A DNA stretch of 64,000 nt. Source: Podarcis bocagei. Its lineage: Eukaryota. This document shows positions 1 through 12,064 of this stretch, piece by piece. Under the pieces are notes generated by a model. It was not told where the DNA came from and ran no database searches. It saw only the letters and a list, made by a program, of their open reading frames with translations. A program made the translations under genes and the position numbers. Each line of letters opens with the position of its first letter. Positions within the stretch are counted from its first letter, which is position 1. The DNA is taken from NCBI GenBank assembly GCA_964188305.1, contig OZ076899.1; one strand, written 5' to 3'.

Positions 1-75
1 ATTCATTTTAAGCATGAAAGTGCTTCGCATTCCCCACTATTTGCGCAACTGGCTCAGTCTCTTCTTGTCCCACAG

Positions 76-173
76 CATCACCGGTCAGTATCAGAGCGTG
101 AAACAGAAGATAGCTGGCACCAAGGGCCTTCTGCAGCAGCGATATGATGGGCTGAAGGCAGACAGCATTGGAG
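76..173 (+). CDS. PPL: PPL coding exon (ITGQYQSVKQK..ADSIG)
   Basis: cccacag acceptor, G/gtaggt donor, phase 2-1. Confidence 0.9.
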
Positions 174-3100
174 GTAGGTGTCCCACACCATGCCTGGGGG
201 AATGCTTGAGTTCCACATTTAAAATGGAAGGGCCATTAGCTCATCACAAGCAGTGAATGAGTTCAAATTCAGCAGCTGTGCACACTCTGCACCGAAAAAT
301 GCTGCAATTCTGGAAACCTCAATTAGAATTCTGTGATCTGTTTACTATATATTATGCAAATGTATGTGCAGACATCTCTTTCTTAATATGGTTGTGTGGA
401 GGGTCATAGTTCAGTAGCAGAATCTGTGCTATCCATGCAGAAGATACATTTTTGTGTAATTCGGGGGAAATGTGAATTCATGCAGGGGTTCAGTTCCAAG
501 GGTTCTGCGTATACACAAAAGCACTTATGCTCAAACCACCCCCACGTGAGCACTCTTACTTTTCCGGAGCTGGCTTGGTGAGCAGGCCTTGCCCAATAAG
601 CAAGGCAGAGAGTTTAAAAGTGCACATTGTGTGCCTTTAATTGGCACAATTTCAACCAGCTGGCATGCAGCCACATGAGGCTGAAATCGCACAAATTAAA
701 TGTGGGTAAGATGGGATTGTACCTTACCGCTTTGAAATATGTTAGAAAAGTGACATCACAATATTAGCCTCCTTAGCAGCACAGTTTGTGAGAAGGCCCC
801 TTGTTGGGATAGTCTAAGGGCCTTAGCCACTATTTCTCCACTTCTCCCAGCAAATGTACTTGCTGACCAGGGATCCAAACATAAAACCTTCTGCTCCACC
901 TGCTGTTGTTGTTGTTGTTTTTCGCCTCAGATGCAGCATCAGTCCAGGGGCGACAGCTGCTGGCGGGGCTGGAGAAAGTGAACAGTGAGCTGGATAAGCA
1001 AGAGAAAGCCATCACTGCAAACCTGCGGCCGCCGCTAGAGCAAAGCCGGGCAGTGCAGGACAGCGCGGAGCGATCCAAGGATCTTAAGGTAAAGTCTCTC
1101 CCCACCCCCAAATCTATTCTGCAGTGAGTTGATCGAATGGCAATTGGTTGCTCATACCATTGTAAATCACAGGTAAGGGGGATACCATTGTTGAATGCAG
1201 ATAGAAACTTGCCCTTTTTAGCCTCAGTAGCTCCCAGACCCAAATCGTAACACCATGCCCACGTAGAGACACACATGCGCACACTTTCTCCTGAGGGTTT
1301 CTGGGTGCGCCCCCCCCCCCCCGCTGCATTTGGGGGACTGAGGAGAGGCTCACCGGAAGGAGATGGCGTAGGAGAGAAATTGAGTGCTCAAACTGAGTTC
1401 CTCCCTTCCCTAATATTGAGCCAGGCAGGATGCTATGAGTTGTGTCCAGAGTTATGGACCCATCTCCCCCCTACTTTGCAGCCCAGGAGGATTCTGGCTC
1501 AAGAACTCAGCTGTTCCCGGCAGGGACAGCAGAGGGGCAGTGCCATGCTCGCTTGCTCATCTGCTGCCCACCTCTCTCCCCTTTTCAGAACATCACCAAT
1601 GAGGTCCGGCGTATTGAACCTGAGAAAGCACGCAGGATCCAGGAGTGTGAAACCTTCATAGAGTCCGTGCCAGACACAGGAAGTGCCTCCCTGCTAAAGA
1701 ACAAGGCAGAAGAGACAAACAACAAATACAACCATGTCATCCAGCTGCTTGGCGCCGCTCAGGAGAAGTAGGTGTCTGTACAGCTTCTCTGAGTCGCTTT
1801 GGAAAGGGAACATGAAATTTCACCACCTGCTCTTGATCTTTGTGTCCTTTTGGTAGCTTGGCTCACCTGTTTGAACTCTTGGTAAGCACCTCCATATGGT
1901 GCACCTGCTTTTGGAGGATGAGCTGCAGCTCAGTAGTAGAACACCTGCTCTGCGTGCAGCCTGTATAAATCATGAACAGGAAATTAGCATATTTCTTATT
2001 TTGCGTAATTTATTCTGGCTTTGCTGGTCATGGGGAACGACCAGTATGCAGGGCCTGGAAGGAGCCCACCAACCCATTAAAAATCTTTTTCAGCCATCTC
2101 TCTGGCTGCTGAGGGAATATCCGCAATAGCTTACAATGCATTGCAACCATGAACACTAGACAAAAGGCGAGGTTTTCCAGACGCCGACTCCTTTGCCTAA
2201 TACCACACACTGCAGATATTCTGTGCTCCTGCGAAATCATAGCATCCATCCATGTGCACAGAACCCCGTCTGCTTCTTCTGCCTGAAGGGGTATCCATGT
2301 CTGTAAAGCTGTGTTTATTTGAAGAGTTGCTTTTGTCTGTCTTGTACAGAGTGGATGTTGCCAATCGCCTTGAGAAGAGTCTGCAGCAAGGGAGGGACCT
2401 GATTTCTGGCTACGAGAACAAGTTGGCCATTGAGGACACTATTCCAGAGGACACAGGTGCCCTGGAGCGCAAGAGAGAAGAGCTGCTGGTGAGTCCTCGC
2501 TTTCAATGGGGCTTTCAAAACAACAGCAGTGCTGCTAAATGGCCCAAATGTATCCGGACAATCACCAGTCAGTACAGTTTCTGAGGTCATCCTATTGTCC
2601 CATCTCTGGCTGAAGGGACAAGGGAGAGGGGGTCTGCTTCAGCTGTGATAAGAGATGGAGGAGGAATCCACCTGGCTCAGATTCCAAAGTGGATTCACCT
2701 GATCCAATCTGGGTGGAATCATGACCTGAACTGGATCACTGGTTCGCTTCAGAATCCACAATCCAGCGGGTTCCAGCCTGCGGGTTTAAAACACAGTCAA
2801 AGGTAGGACCTGCAGGGTTGCACACTGCCTCTGTTCCCCTTTCTTTTTTTCTTTAAACTAGGGCTGGGGGACTTGCGGCACTCCAGATGTTGCTGAACTA
2901 CAGCAAGCTAGGCCAATGGTGAGGGATGATGGGAATTGTAGTTCAGCAACATCTGGAGGGCTATAGGTGCCACACATTTGCTTTGAACACTCTAAAATAG
3001 CACTATCCAGCCACACACAGGCTGAGTGGCTAGCCCATGGGGTTCCTTGCTTCCTGTACCTTCAAGTAAACATAGAGAGAGCCCACCCCCAAACCCCAAC

Positions 3101-6100
3101 AGGGCTTGATGAAATTCCATCACTCCAAAGGGGACTTAAATAGGGAAAATATGGCTGCTGCCAGGGTTACTTAGTCCTGTCCCCTCAAAGAACTGGGACT
3201 GCCAGGACATAAAATCCATACAATTAAAACCTCTTTGCCTGCTTTTAAATGGGCTCCTAAGACCCCACCCTGCTTTAAACCTGGTGGGTGTTTTTTACAT
3301 AGAACTTGGGATGACATCATGTCATTTGCTGGCTCCTGGCAAATTTGTATGATGCTGCTTTCTTGCTTTTTGTCTTTTGTTTTATTGTTGAGGCTTGTGT
3401 TTTCATTTGTACTGTGACAGATTTAAATCTTTGTGAGGCTGTCCTAGAAAGGTAGGGTAAAAATGTTAACATCGTTTAAAATACTTGATTATCCGTTCCC
3501 CTCCCCCCCCCCAACTTTTCTCCAGGCACTGGGTTCTGAATTGCAGGCCCACCAGCCTTTGCTGAGCGTGGCAGAGCAGGATCTGCAGAAAGCCAAGAAG
3601 TGCTCCAATGCCCTGGCCAGCCAGTTCCAAGAGCACTGCCCGGACATCGAGCGCCAGGAAGCTGAACTCCATAAGCTCAACCAGCGGTTCGGCAACCTGA
3701 ACAAGCAAATAGATCACAGGTCAGGCTGTGAGCGGAAGAAAGAGGGGGTGAATGAAGCCCTGGCAATAGAAGCAGGAGAAGGAATGTCCAAACCGCTCTT
3801 TCCCCAATCCTGTGTCACCAGGTTATCTTGCGGAGGATGTTTTAGCTGTTTGCGTACTCCCCATCCCTGGAGGCTCTCAAAACGGATGGTGGTTAATACA
3901 TACAAATGGGAGCTGCAACTGAGAGCTGCATTAAAGGAAGCAGATAAATGTTGACTTTTTTGCTATAAAACGGGAGAGTTCATCCAAATTCGTCATATAT
4001 TTAGTCTAGTTTAGACTAGGGCAGTGGTTCCCAATTAGCGAAGTACTGCAGACCCCCAGTTTTTCAAAAGCCAAGACACTGACTACTTTTGAAAATGTTG
4101 CTATATCTCTCTGGTAGTTTTTGTTATGTGAACCCTTCAACATGTTCCTGTGCAAAACTGGGATGCATGTCTTCCAGGCCGCAGTCCTGCACAAGTCACA
4201 TGACCTGTGTGTTTTTGGGTGCCACACACGAGCGCATACCCCCCCCCCCATGCAATGTCCTGGACAGTTGACTGGTGTATATACTGTGGACCCTCTGTGA
4301 TCCACAGACCACCAATTGGGAACCATTGGTCTACTAGGAGGGTGTGACAGTTAATGGCACTGTGACATTTCTGCTAATGTCCATCCCAAGCAAGTATTGT
4401 TCCGCTTCCCTTCACAGATCTCAGATGTTGCAGAAAGCAAAATTGTCCTACTCCAACTATCGCAGTGGCTACAACAACCTGAACCAGTTCCTTTGTAATG
4501 TGCCCAACTATGAGCCTCAAGAAACCGACAATGTCACTCAAGTGGAAACCAAGCTGAAGAACCAACAGGTAATCATAGAACAGTATCGTAAGAGTTTTCT
4601 TGTCCGATTCCCCTGCACCCTGTGATAAGCTGATTATGCAGTAGGACTGTGATCCTAATCTGGCTCTGATCTGGACTGGACCCCAAATGAAATCAGAGGT
4701 CTTGCACAGCCCTAATGTTTAATTAGGGTTTTAAATGATGCAGGTAGAGAACATGGTCTGCATCATCTCCTTCCCACACCCTGCCACTTGCAGCTGCATG
4801 GGTAATCAGGGTTTACACAGAGTTTAACAGCCCCAATTAAACTTGTGGAGACTCTCATCTGTGTTGTCTTCTTCTGCCCACCCCCAAACTTGCTGCCCAG
4901 CGGCCCATCTGCCTTATGGCAACCCGACTGCTCTGGGAAGACCTGATGAGACCAGAGATAATGGGAGATGTAACCCAGAAACATCTAGTAGGACCACATT
5001 AGCTATCCCGATCTAAAAGATGGTATAGCCATTGGCTTCTTGCTGTTTCACATTTTCTGCTTGATCTGTTTCTGCAGGCCCTGCTGGGGGAAATTGCCAG
5101 CAAAGAGCAAGATGTTCAGAAAGTTTCCGCCGAGGCTCAACAGTATCAGCAAGCAGTGAAGGTGAGGATGGTGGGACATGGGTGTGGCTCAGAGAAGCAG
5201 CCACCTGTGTGGCTAAAAGGGTTGCTTACAGAAAGAAAACAACCCCATCGCAGAGGAGATGTACTATGGAACTGTGACTGGTTCTCTGTAAGTAGATTTT
5301 CATCTCCCTCCCCTCTGCAGGACTACGAACTTGAAGCAGAGAAGCTGAGATCCATCCTTGACCTGGAAAATGGTCGCAATGGCTTCATGAGTAAGAGACC
5401 TAGAATCCAGTCTCCAGCCGCTAAAGTGAAAGAAGAGGTACTTGCTGGTATTTGACAAGCCCTCTGTCACGGTCTAAGTGGCTCCTCTAGGCAGTATTTC
5501 AATATTTTTCATGTTGAAGGTCCATAGCTCAGTGGCCAAGTGTCTGCTTTGCATGCAGAAGCCCCCAGGTTCAATCCCTGATATTGCCAGATAGGGCTAG
5601 GAGAGAACCCTGCCTGAAACCCTGGGGCGCCACTGTGAGTCAGCATAGGCAATACTTCACTAGATGTACCTGTGGCGCCATACAAGGAAGATTTATGTAC
5701 GTTCTATATTCACCCTGAAGGAAACAGCAGTTGGCTCTGTGGCTTGACACCATCTTGGGTCCATTCTTGGATTTGTCTCAACAGTTTGCGTTCTTGCCTC
5801 AGCTCTGGCAAACCACAACCAGTGTCGCTTCCGACAAAGGAAGAGTGTCCTGACTCCACTGTATGACTAGGCCTCAGTCTCAGACATTTCATGGGGAATG
5901 ATCAAGGCTGAGAGGCACTGGGTGGAAGACACTGATCTCTCCTGGGTGCCCAGAGGCCTTGTTGGGCGGTGCATCAACCAAAACTTGCTTGACTGCAGAA
6001 ATACCCCTCTGAATGCTTCCTCCCTTGTCCAAAACCCCATCAATGACCACAGTTGCCAACTCCCCAGAAGCATGGAAGGAGGTTGTCAGCTTCTTTTATC

Positions 6101-9100
6101 TAGCCTGAAAATTGATTCCTGCAGAGCTCAGGTCCTGCTTATGGGCTTCCCATAGGCATCTGGTTTAGCTATTCTAAGAACAGGAATATAAGAGTAGATG
6201 GTCCATTTGCCTGATTCAGCATGGCTCTTCTTATGTTCTTAATACCTTTTGTTAACCTCATTTCTTCTTTCCATTCTTAGGAAGCTCTCCTGGCTGCAAA
6301 GTTCACGGAGGTGAATGCTGTCAATAAGCAGAGGCTGCAGAACCTGGAGTTTGCCCAGAATCTCTTGAGACAAGTGAGTGTGAGAAGCTTAGGCTTTAAT
6401 TTGCTTCTCACTGTTCTAGCTACTTAGGCAGAACTCTGGAAAGAGGAAGAAGATGCACATAGGCTGGGGTGCAGACTTAATACAGGCAGAGAATCCTAGC
6501 TGGCTGCAAGTTACAGAGCTGTTTTGTGAGAAAACATCCCAACTCTGCATGCCAATTTTTAATGAGAATATGCCCATGCAGATGGCAGGGAAGGGTTCCA
6601 TCATCACTTAACAGAACATGCCAGCGAGGCTTTTGAAAAAGAGGGGGTGGCAGACTAAGGCTGCAATCCTAAACACACTTACTGAATATAGTGGGATTTC
6701 TAATTACGATTGTAGCTTAAGACTGGCTCTCAGTACCCATCAGCCCCAGCTAATATGGCATGGGAGGGTGGGAGTTGGGACTCCAGCAACATCTCAAGGG
6801 CTAGAGGTTCCCCAGCCCTGTACTTGGGAAGCAGCTCCTTCAAAGACAGCCAGACTCAGAAGTAACATGCATAGGATTCTAGCAGCTTTGAAAAGAGTTT
6901 CTATCTGGCAACATTTGTCTTTGATTAGAGGGTGGAGGGAATGACAAATGATGCTCCAGCTATAGCAACTCATCATTTTTTTCTTTTTTGGCAGCAGCCA
7001 GAGGTCCAGGTGATGCAGGAGTCTGCTCAGACCAACACGTTTGAGAGGCCGCTTGAGGAAGTCTGGAAGTTAAGGAAGGAGCTGGACGATGAGAGCCAGC
7101 GCCGACAGCAGCTGGAGGCAGAGATCAAGGTCATCCAGGAAAACATCCTCCTCCTGCAGAACCAGAAGCCACAGGAGACCGTGGTCAAGAAGGAAGTGTT
7201 GAAGAAAGTGCCTGACCCAGCACTCGATGAGAGTTTTCACAAGATGCAGCAGAACCTGGCAGAAGAACAACGCAAGAACCAAAACTTGCACGACGAACTG
7301 GAGGTCCTGAAACTCAAGCTGCGAACCCTGGAGCATGAGAGGAGGGAAGGTGGGCAGGAGTATGTGGTCAAGGAAGTCCTCCGTATTGAGCCGGATAAGG
7401 CACAGGCAGAGGAAATCCTGAAGTTGAAAGAAGAGCTGGAGGATCTCAAGAGGCAGGAAGGGAACCGTCAGAATGAGATGGCTCTCCTGCGCCACCAGGT
7501 GGATGCTCTTTCCAATGAGAAGAACAAGGAGCAGGAGAAAGTGATGGAAAAAGAAGTAGTGAAGCTGCAGAACGACCCCCAGCTGGAGACAGAGTATCAG
7601 CAGCTGCAGGAGAACAAACACAGGGAGAGTACACTGCGGAAGCAGCAAGAGGAAGAGCTTCGCTTCTTGCAAGACAAACTGAAGCGGCTGGAGAAAGAGC
7701 GGGCGATGGCCGAGGGCAAGATCACTGTCAAGGAGGTGCTGAAAGTGGAGAAGGACCTAGCAACAGAAAGGGAAGTGAGCGAGCTGCGACGGCAGTATGA
7801 AGACGAGAAGGCCAAAGGCCGCTCCAATGAGAGGGAGAAAGCAGAGCTACTCAGGCAAATCCAGGCTCTGGAAGAGGAGAATGCCAAAGTGATTGTCCAG
7901 GAGAAAGTCCGGGAGATTGTCCGTCCAGACCCCAAGGCTGAAAACGAAGTGGCTAACCTTCGCCTAGAACTGGTGGAGCAGGAAAGGAGATGCCGGGGTG
8001 GGGAAGAGCAGCTGAAAACTTGCCAGAATGAGCTGGCTGCCCTGAAGAAAAGAGGGCCCCTGGTGGAAGTGCAAGAGGTTATCAAGGAGGTTATAAAATA
8101 CAAGGCTGACCCAGAGACTGAGATGGAGCTTCAGTCTCTCAGGGATGAGATTGTGGACCGGACCAGAGCAATTGAGAGGGCGGATCTTGAGATCTATCAG
8201 CTGAAGCAAGAAATTCAGACCCTGAAAGATGCCAAGCCTCAAGTCCAGACAAAGGAAGTGGTGCAGGAGGTGCTGCAGTACCGGGAAGACCCCCAAACGA
8301 GAGAAGAAGTGGAGTCCCTGAGAGCTCAGCTGGCTGAAGAGCAGAAGAAGCACCTGGACCTGGAAAGGGAGAGGAAGTTGCAGGATGAGAAGATCAGACA
8401 GAAGGAGGAGGAACTCTCTCAGGTGAGGGAGAAGGTGGTGCAGCAGGAAGTGGTAAAACTGGAGCAGGACCCTGCTTTGAAAGCAGAGGTCAGCTCCTTC
8501 TCACAGAGCATAGAGAATGAGCTGCAGCAGATTGACTCACTCCGAAACGAAATGCGCAAGCTGCAGCGGAGGAGGTCGGAGCTGGAGCGCCAGCTGGATG
8601 AGCTGGAGAAAGAGAGGCAGGCACGGCGGGAGGCAGAGCTGGAGGTGCAGAGGCTGAAGATCAGGCTGAGCGAGCTGGAGGAGCAGGTGAAGGAGACAAC
8701 AGAGAGAGTCACCGTGAAACAGAAGGTGATCCTCCAACAAGATCCGCAGCAGGAGAAAGAGCATGCTCTGCTTAAGCTGGAGCTGGAGGAAGAAAAACAT
8801 AGGAGGCAAGTCCTGCAGGCCGAGTTGGAAGCCCTGCAGAAGAAACTGCAGGCACTGGAAAAGATGGAAGTCAAGGAGAAAGTAGTCTTCTCTGAGAGCA
8901 TCCAAGTGGAGAAAGGAGACACTGAATACGAGATTCAGAAGCTGAAGAACAACCTGGAGGAGGAAAGCCGGCGGAAGATGGAACTAGACACGGACATCAA
9001 CAGGCTAGAGGCCAAGTTGTCAGAAGTGGAATTCAACAACTCCAAGTCTTCCAAGGAGCTGGACTTTTTGAGGGAGGAAAACCACAAGCTGCATCTGGAA

Positions 9101-9658
9101 AAGCAGAACCTTCTGTTGGAGATGCGGAGGTTGCAATCGGAGATTGAACTCACAGTAACAGAAACCCGGGATTTAAGAAACATGTCACAGGTGGACAGCG
9201 GCGTGAACCTAGACTCCCGGTTCCAGGCTTTGGAGAGAGAGCTGGATGATCTGAAGAGGTTATCTCAAGACAAAGACAACGAGATTGAACAGCTTCAAAA
9301 CCGTCTTCAGACAGTAGCTATCAAGAGGGAGCAGAGAGAAAATCACTTGAGACGTTCCATTGTGGTCATTGATCCAGACACTGGGAAAGAGATGTCACCA
9401 GAAGAAGCCCACAGGTTCGGGCTTATTGAGTGGAGCTTGTACGTCAAACTGAAGAGCCAAGAATGCGACTGGGAAGAGATCACAATGAAAGGGCCAAGTG
9501 GCGAATCTTCAGTAATCCTTGACAGGAAGTCAGGGAAGAAGTTCTCAATTGAAGATGCCTTGAAGAGCGGAAGGTTAACCATGGCTCAGTACGACAGTTA
9601 CCTCAACAAGGAGTTGTCCATCCAGGAGCTGGCTGTCTTGGTGTCTGGACAGAAATAG
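76..9658 (+). CDS. PPL: Periplakin, 3' part (last 10 coding exons; 5' end lies outside the window). join(76..173,931..1088,1589..1767,2350..2488,3526..3719,4418..4568,5078..5161,5321..5437,6281..6373,6995..9658)
   Basis: All introns are GT..AG and phases join into one frame. The translation matches periplakin: plakin-domain spectrin repeats, a huge last exon with the coiled-coil rod (EVLRIEPD/EVVKLQNDP repeats), and a C-terminal linker (IVVIDPDTGKEMSPEEA..CDWEEI..IQELAVLVSGQK*) with no plakin-repeat domain, which argues against envoplakin. Confidence 0.97.
931..1088 (+). CDS. PPL: PPL coding exon (DAASVQGRQLL..SKDLK)
   Basis: cctcag acceptor, AAG/gtaaag donor. Confidence 0.95.
1589..1767 (+). 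CDS. PPL: PPL coding exon (NITNEVRRIEPEK..AAQEK)
   Basis: ttttcag acceptor, AA/gtaggt donor. Confidence 0.95.
2350..2488 (+). CDS. PPL: PPL coding exon (VDVANRLEKSLQQ..REELL)
   Basis: gtacag acceptor, CTG/gtgagt donor. Confidence 0.95.
3526..3719 (+). CDS. PPL: PPL coding exon (ALGSELQAH..FQEHCPDIERQEAE..IDHR)
   Basis: tctccag acceptor, AG/gtcagg donor. Confidence 0.95.
4022..4328. mobile_element. hAT-like MITE relic
   Basis: TIR CAGTGGTTCCCAA / TTGGGAACCATTG; TSD degraded. Confidence 0.6.
4418..4568 (+). CDS. PPL: PPL coding exon (SQMLQKAK..YEPQETD..KLKNQQ)
   Basis: ttcacag acceptor, CAG/gtaatc donor. Confidence 0.95.
5078..5161 (+). CDS. PPL: PPL coding exon (ALLGEIASKEQDVQK..QQYQQAVK)
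   Basis: tctgcag acceptor, AAG/gtgagg donor; 84 nt; not translated in this frame in the ORF track. Confidence 0.93.
5321..5437 (+). CDS. PPL: PPL coding exon (DYELEAEKLRS..KVKEE)
   Basis: ctctgcag acceptor, GAG/gtactt donor. Confidence 0.95.
5516..5702 (+). mobile_element. Squam3-like tRNA-derived SINE; other copies at about 398-445 (+, head only), 11566-11762 (-), 16236-16375 (+), 17727-17912 (+), 22553-22748 (+), 30270-30437 (+) and 34080-34385 (-)
   Basis: TAGCTCAGTGG..TGCTTTGCATGCAGAAG..GGTTCAATCC head (A and B boxes) plus shared CCTGCCTGAAACCCTGG..GCAGCTTCCTA body. Confidence 0.8.
6281..6373 (+). CDS. PPL: PPL coding exon (EALLAAKFTEVNAVNKQRLQNLEFAQNLLRQ)
   Basis: ttcttag acceptor, CAA/gtgagt donor; 93 nt. 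Confidence 0.93.
6995..9658 (+). CDS. PPL: PPL terminal coding exon: coiled-coil rod and C-terminal linker domain
   Basis: T-rich tract then ggcag/CAG acceptor; 888 codons to TAG. The ORF-track start at 6932 is intronic. Confidence 0.97.
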   Translation, partial: QPEVQVMQESAQTNTFERPLEEVWKLRKELDDESQRRQQLEAEIKVIQENILLLQNQKPQETVVKKEVLKKVPDPALDESFHKMQQNLAEEQRKNQNLHDELEVLKLKLRTLEHERREGGQEYVVKEVLRIEPDKAQAEEILKLKEELEDLKRQEGNRQNEMALLRHQVDALSNEKNKEQEKVMEKEVVKLQNDPQLETEYQQLQENKHRESTLRKQQEEELRFLQDKLKRLEKERAMAEGKITVKEVLKVEKDLATEREVSELRRQYEDEKAKGRSNEREKAELLRQIQALEEENAKVIVQEKVREIVRPDPKAENEVANLRLELVEQERRCRGGEEQLKTCQNELAALKKRGPLVEVQEVIKEVIKYKADPETEMELQSLRDEIVDRTRAIERADLEIYQLKQEIQTLKDAKPQVQTKEVVQEVLQYREDPQTREEVESLRAQLAEEQKKHLDLERERKLQDEKIRQKEEELSQVREKVVQQEVVKLEQDPALKAEVSSFSQSIENELQQIDSLRNEMRKLQRRRSELERQLDELEKERQARREAELEVQRLKIRLSELEEQVKETTERVTVKQKVILQQDPQQEKEHALLKLELEEEKHRRQVLQAELEALQKKLQALEKMEVKEKVVFSESIQVEKGDTEYEIQKLKNNLEEESRRKMELDTDINRLEAKLSEVEFNNSKSSKELDFLREENHKLHLEKQNLLLEMRRLQSEIELTVTETRDLRNMSQVDSGVNLDSRFQALERELDDLKRLSQDKDNEIEQLQNRLQTVAIKREQRENHLRRSIVVIDPDTGKEMSPEEAHRFGLIEWSLYVKLKSQECDWEEITMKGPSGESSVILDRKSGKKFSIEDALKSGRLTMAQYDSYLNKELSIQELAVLVSGQK

Positions 9659-10961
9659 CTGCTTCAAGAGAGATGTTGCTTTTTTAAAAAAAAAGAACTA
9701 TTCTTAAGCGGCTGGTCTAGAGCTGTACCGAATGTTACAAACTTGGACTTCTACTACCTGTTGCATCCAATAGGTGTATATTCCCCAAACCTAGTGCCTG
9801 TTCTCCAACGTTAGGGTGCTTTTAAGCTGCACTTACTTGCTTTTATCAAAAATATTTATGACTTGCCACCCCAGGCCAATGCTCCAATTTGCCAAAGCTG
9901 CATGTTACTTTTGACCCCGCCAGTCAGTGGCAAACCCCTCTGTGCACTGGGGTGGCAGGGAGTGGGTAGAAATCAAATGATTACCCAATGCTATTTTTGA
10001 ATGAGAGCTCTCCAGCTTGGCTTTCCAAGCTCATGTGGTCTCTACCAACACATTCCCTTAGTGAAGTAGTTAAGAGTGATAGCTGAACACTTGTGAAATC
10101 TCATCTGAATCTCAACTTAATCTTGAACTCATTTGGTGAGCCATTTCCCCCCTAAGCCCCTTCACCTAGGAGTAGCAAATCTAGTGCACTTCAGATGTTG
10201 TTGAACTCTCAACTCCCCGCCAGCATGGCCACTGGCCAGCAACAATGGGAGCTGTAGTTCAACAACTTCAGGAGGGCATCACATTGACTAACCCTCATCT
10301 CTGCAATGTGTGGAGAAACACTAGCATTATCTTACAGGGCTGTTGTAAGGACAGCTGAGTGTATGTGAAACTCTGAGCACTCTAAAGTACTATATGCATA
10401 TATTGTTACCACAGGAACTGGTTTTTACTCCTGGATGTTATTTAAAGACAATACTAATAAAGCCAAAGGAAGAATAAACTCACCAGTGGAGACCCAGTAA
10501 CCAGCTACTGCGAAGAATATCAGTCTAAAGGCAGACGCTGTTCAATGCTATGCTGTGATCATTGAATACATTTGTAGAAACTTCAGCATAAGATGACACT
10601 TAGGCACAGTGCAACTCCTTTCTACATAATAAACTGTCAGACTCTAGTACGTAGTCTAAGATAGTGAGTATCATTGTGTAACTGAGACAGTAAACGATAT
10701 GTGTATGTTTAGAGCGACCTGCTTATCTTTCGGGTCATACTTGTGTAGGGAAGCTCCAGTCCTTAAAAAGGAAAGGAGGTTAAATAGAGGATGCTGCAGT
10801 TAACAATCCCCAAAAGTGCCTCTCATTCCATTGTCACTGTTAGAATGGAACAGTGGGTACTTATGATATTTGTGCTGGTGTTTGCTTAGTTGTTATTTGA
10901 CTGTATGAATTCTCAAAGTATGCATTGTAGAAGGGAATGGGAAATTTTATTTATGCACCCA

Positions 10962-10967
10962 AATAAA
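10962..10967 (+). terminator. Probable PPL polyadenylation signal (AATAAA); other candidates at 10456, 10473 and 10628
   Basis: AATAAA with upstream TGTA motifs and a T-rich region downstream, about 1.3 kb after the stop. Confidence 0.5.
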
Positions 10968-11565
10968 TGAAAAAATACTCTGCAGCAATCTAAACTGATG
11001 ATTTCCTCCCATTTAATATTTGCCATTTCATTTGTTCACATAAAAGATACGATATGCAGGGCGTCTCACTGCATCTGGTATGTACACCACTGTTTGTAAA
11101 AGGACATATAAAGTGGAGAACGTTGGCATTTTCACAGTTTGTATAGACAGGCTGTGTTTCACAAATCCAAGCAGGTGCAGAAAAAGGATGGAGACGGTCA
11201 TCTCAGCTGCTAGTTTTTTCTGAGGTCATGGGCCTAGTGCAATCTCCAGGCTCAGTAGAACTGCCAGGATCCAAGGGCCTGACTAGCTCACAGTCCCTCT
11301 ACCTGACAACAGAAACAAAATAAATTGTGCACAATGCACACAGGCTGCAAAATTTAAAATAATTCAAAACAAGCAGCCCCACACATAAATACCAAGATGG
11401 CTGGCAGTATGGTTTGGGGACGGGAGACAGAATTTTCTTAAGCCTCCGGAAAGCTTTAAAAAACAAAACAGCCATGCTGCATTCCCAACACAGTTCAAAG
11501 GAAGCAGCCTTGTAACAGGTCAAACTATTTGCTCATCTACTCTAACTGGCAGAGTCTCAAGTATG

Positions 11566-11762
11566 GGAACATGAGACACTGTCTTATGCTGAGACAGACT
11601 ACTGGACCTATCTGTCTCAGGATTATTGGTACTTACTAGCAGCAGATTTTCAGGGTTCCAGACAACAGTCTTTTCCCCACCCTGCTTGGAGATGCCAAGA
11701 ATGGACCCACAGGCTTTCTGCAGGCAAAGTGGCTGCTCTGCCACTGAGTTATGGTCACCTCT
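11566..11762 (-). mobile_element. Squam3-like SINE between the PPL and UBN1 3' ends
   Basis: reverse complement of the same consensus. Confidence 0.7.
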
Positions 11763-11821
11763 TTGCCCCTTCTTTGAAAATAAAGAGAACGAAAACAGCA
11801 ATTTGGAAACTGGAAAACAAT

Positions 11822-11827
11822 TTTATT
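11822..11827 (-). terminator. Probable UBN1 polyadenylation signal (AATAAA on - strand)
   Basis: The - strand reads ..ttgtatacagcagctgAATAAAattgttttccagtttcc..ctgttttcgttctc: upstream TGTA and a GT/T-rich downstream element. Implies a 3'UTR of about 2.9 kb. Confidence 0.55.
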
Positions 11828-12043
11828 CAGCTGCTGTATACAAGATTAGCCATTTTAAATGTCTCCTCCATCTTCCTCATTACCTAGAAAGGCCCCTGCC
11901 CCCACCCACCCACAACACACACAAAAATAAATTGCAGCTCTTCCCACACTCAAAGACGCTGCTTTTCTAAGTTTTTAAGTGCCATCTGGTGGTGCACATG
12001 CCCACCATAAACAAAAATCTCCCAAAAGGGTCAAAGCCAAGGC

Positions 12044-12064
12044 AGAGAGAGAGAGAGAGAGAGA
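12044..12064. repeat. (AG)n microsatellite in the UBN1 3'UTR region
   Basis: direct reading. Confidence 0.9.

Noticed and set aside
5516-5590. tRNA-like sequences (A/B boxes, TGC anticodon-like loop) here and at other copies
   Set aside because: They are degenerate heads of Squam3-like SINEs, each followed by the SINE body; no intact cloverleaf.
7070-9582. Several long minus-strand ORFs (up to 200 aa) antisense to the PPL last exon
   Set aside because: They are Leu/Ser/Phe-rich mirrors of the GAG/CAG/AAG/CTG-rich coiled-coil codons, a standard antisense-ORF artefact.
6932-9658. Envoplakin or desmoplakin as alternative identity of the 908-aa ORF
   Set aside because: The protein ends right after the linker subdomain with no plakin-repeat domain, and it neighbours UBN1/GLYR1; both are diagnostic of periplakin.
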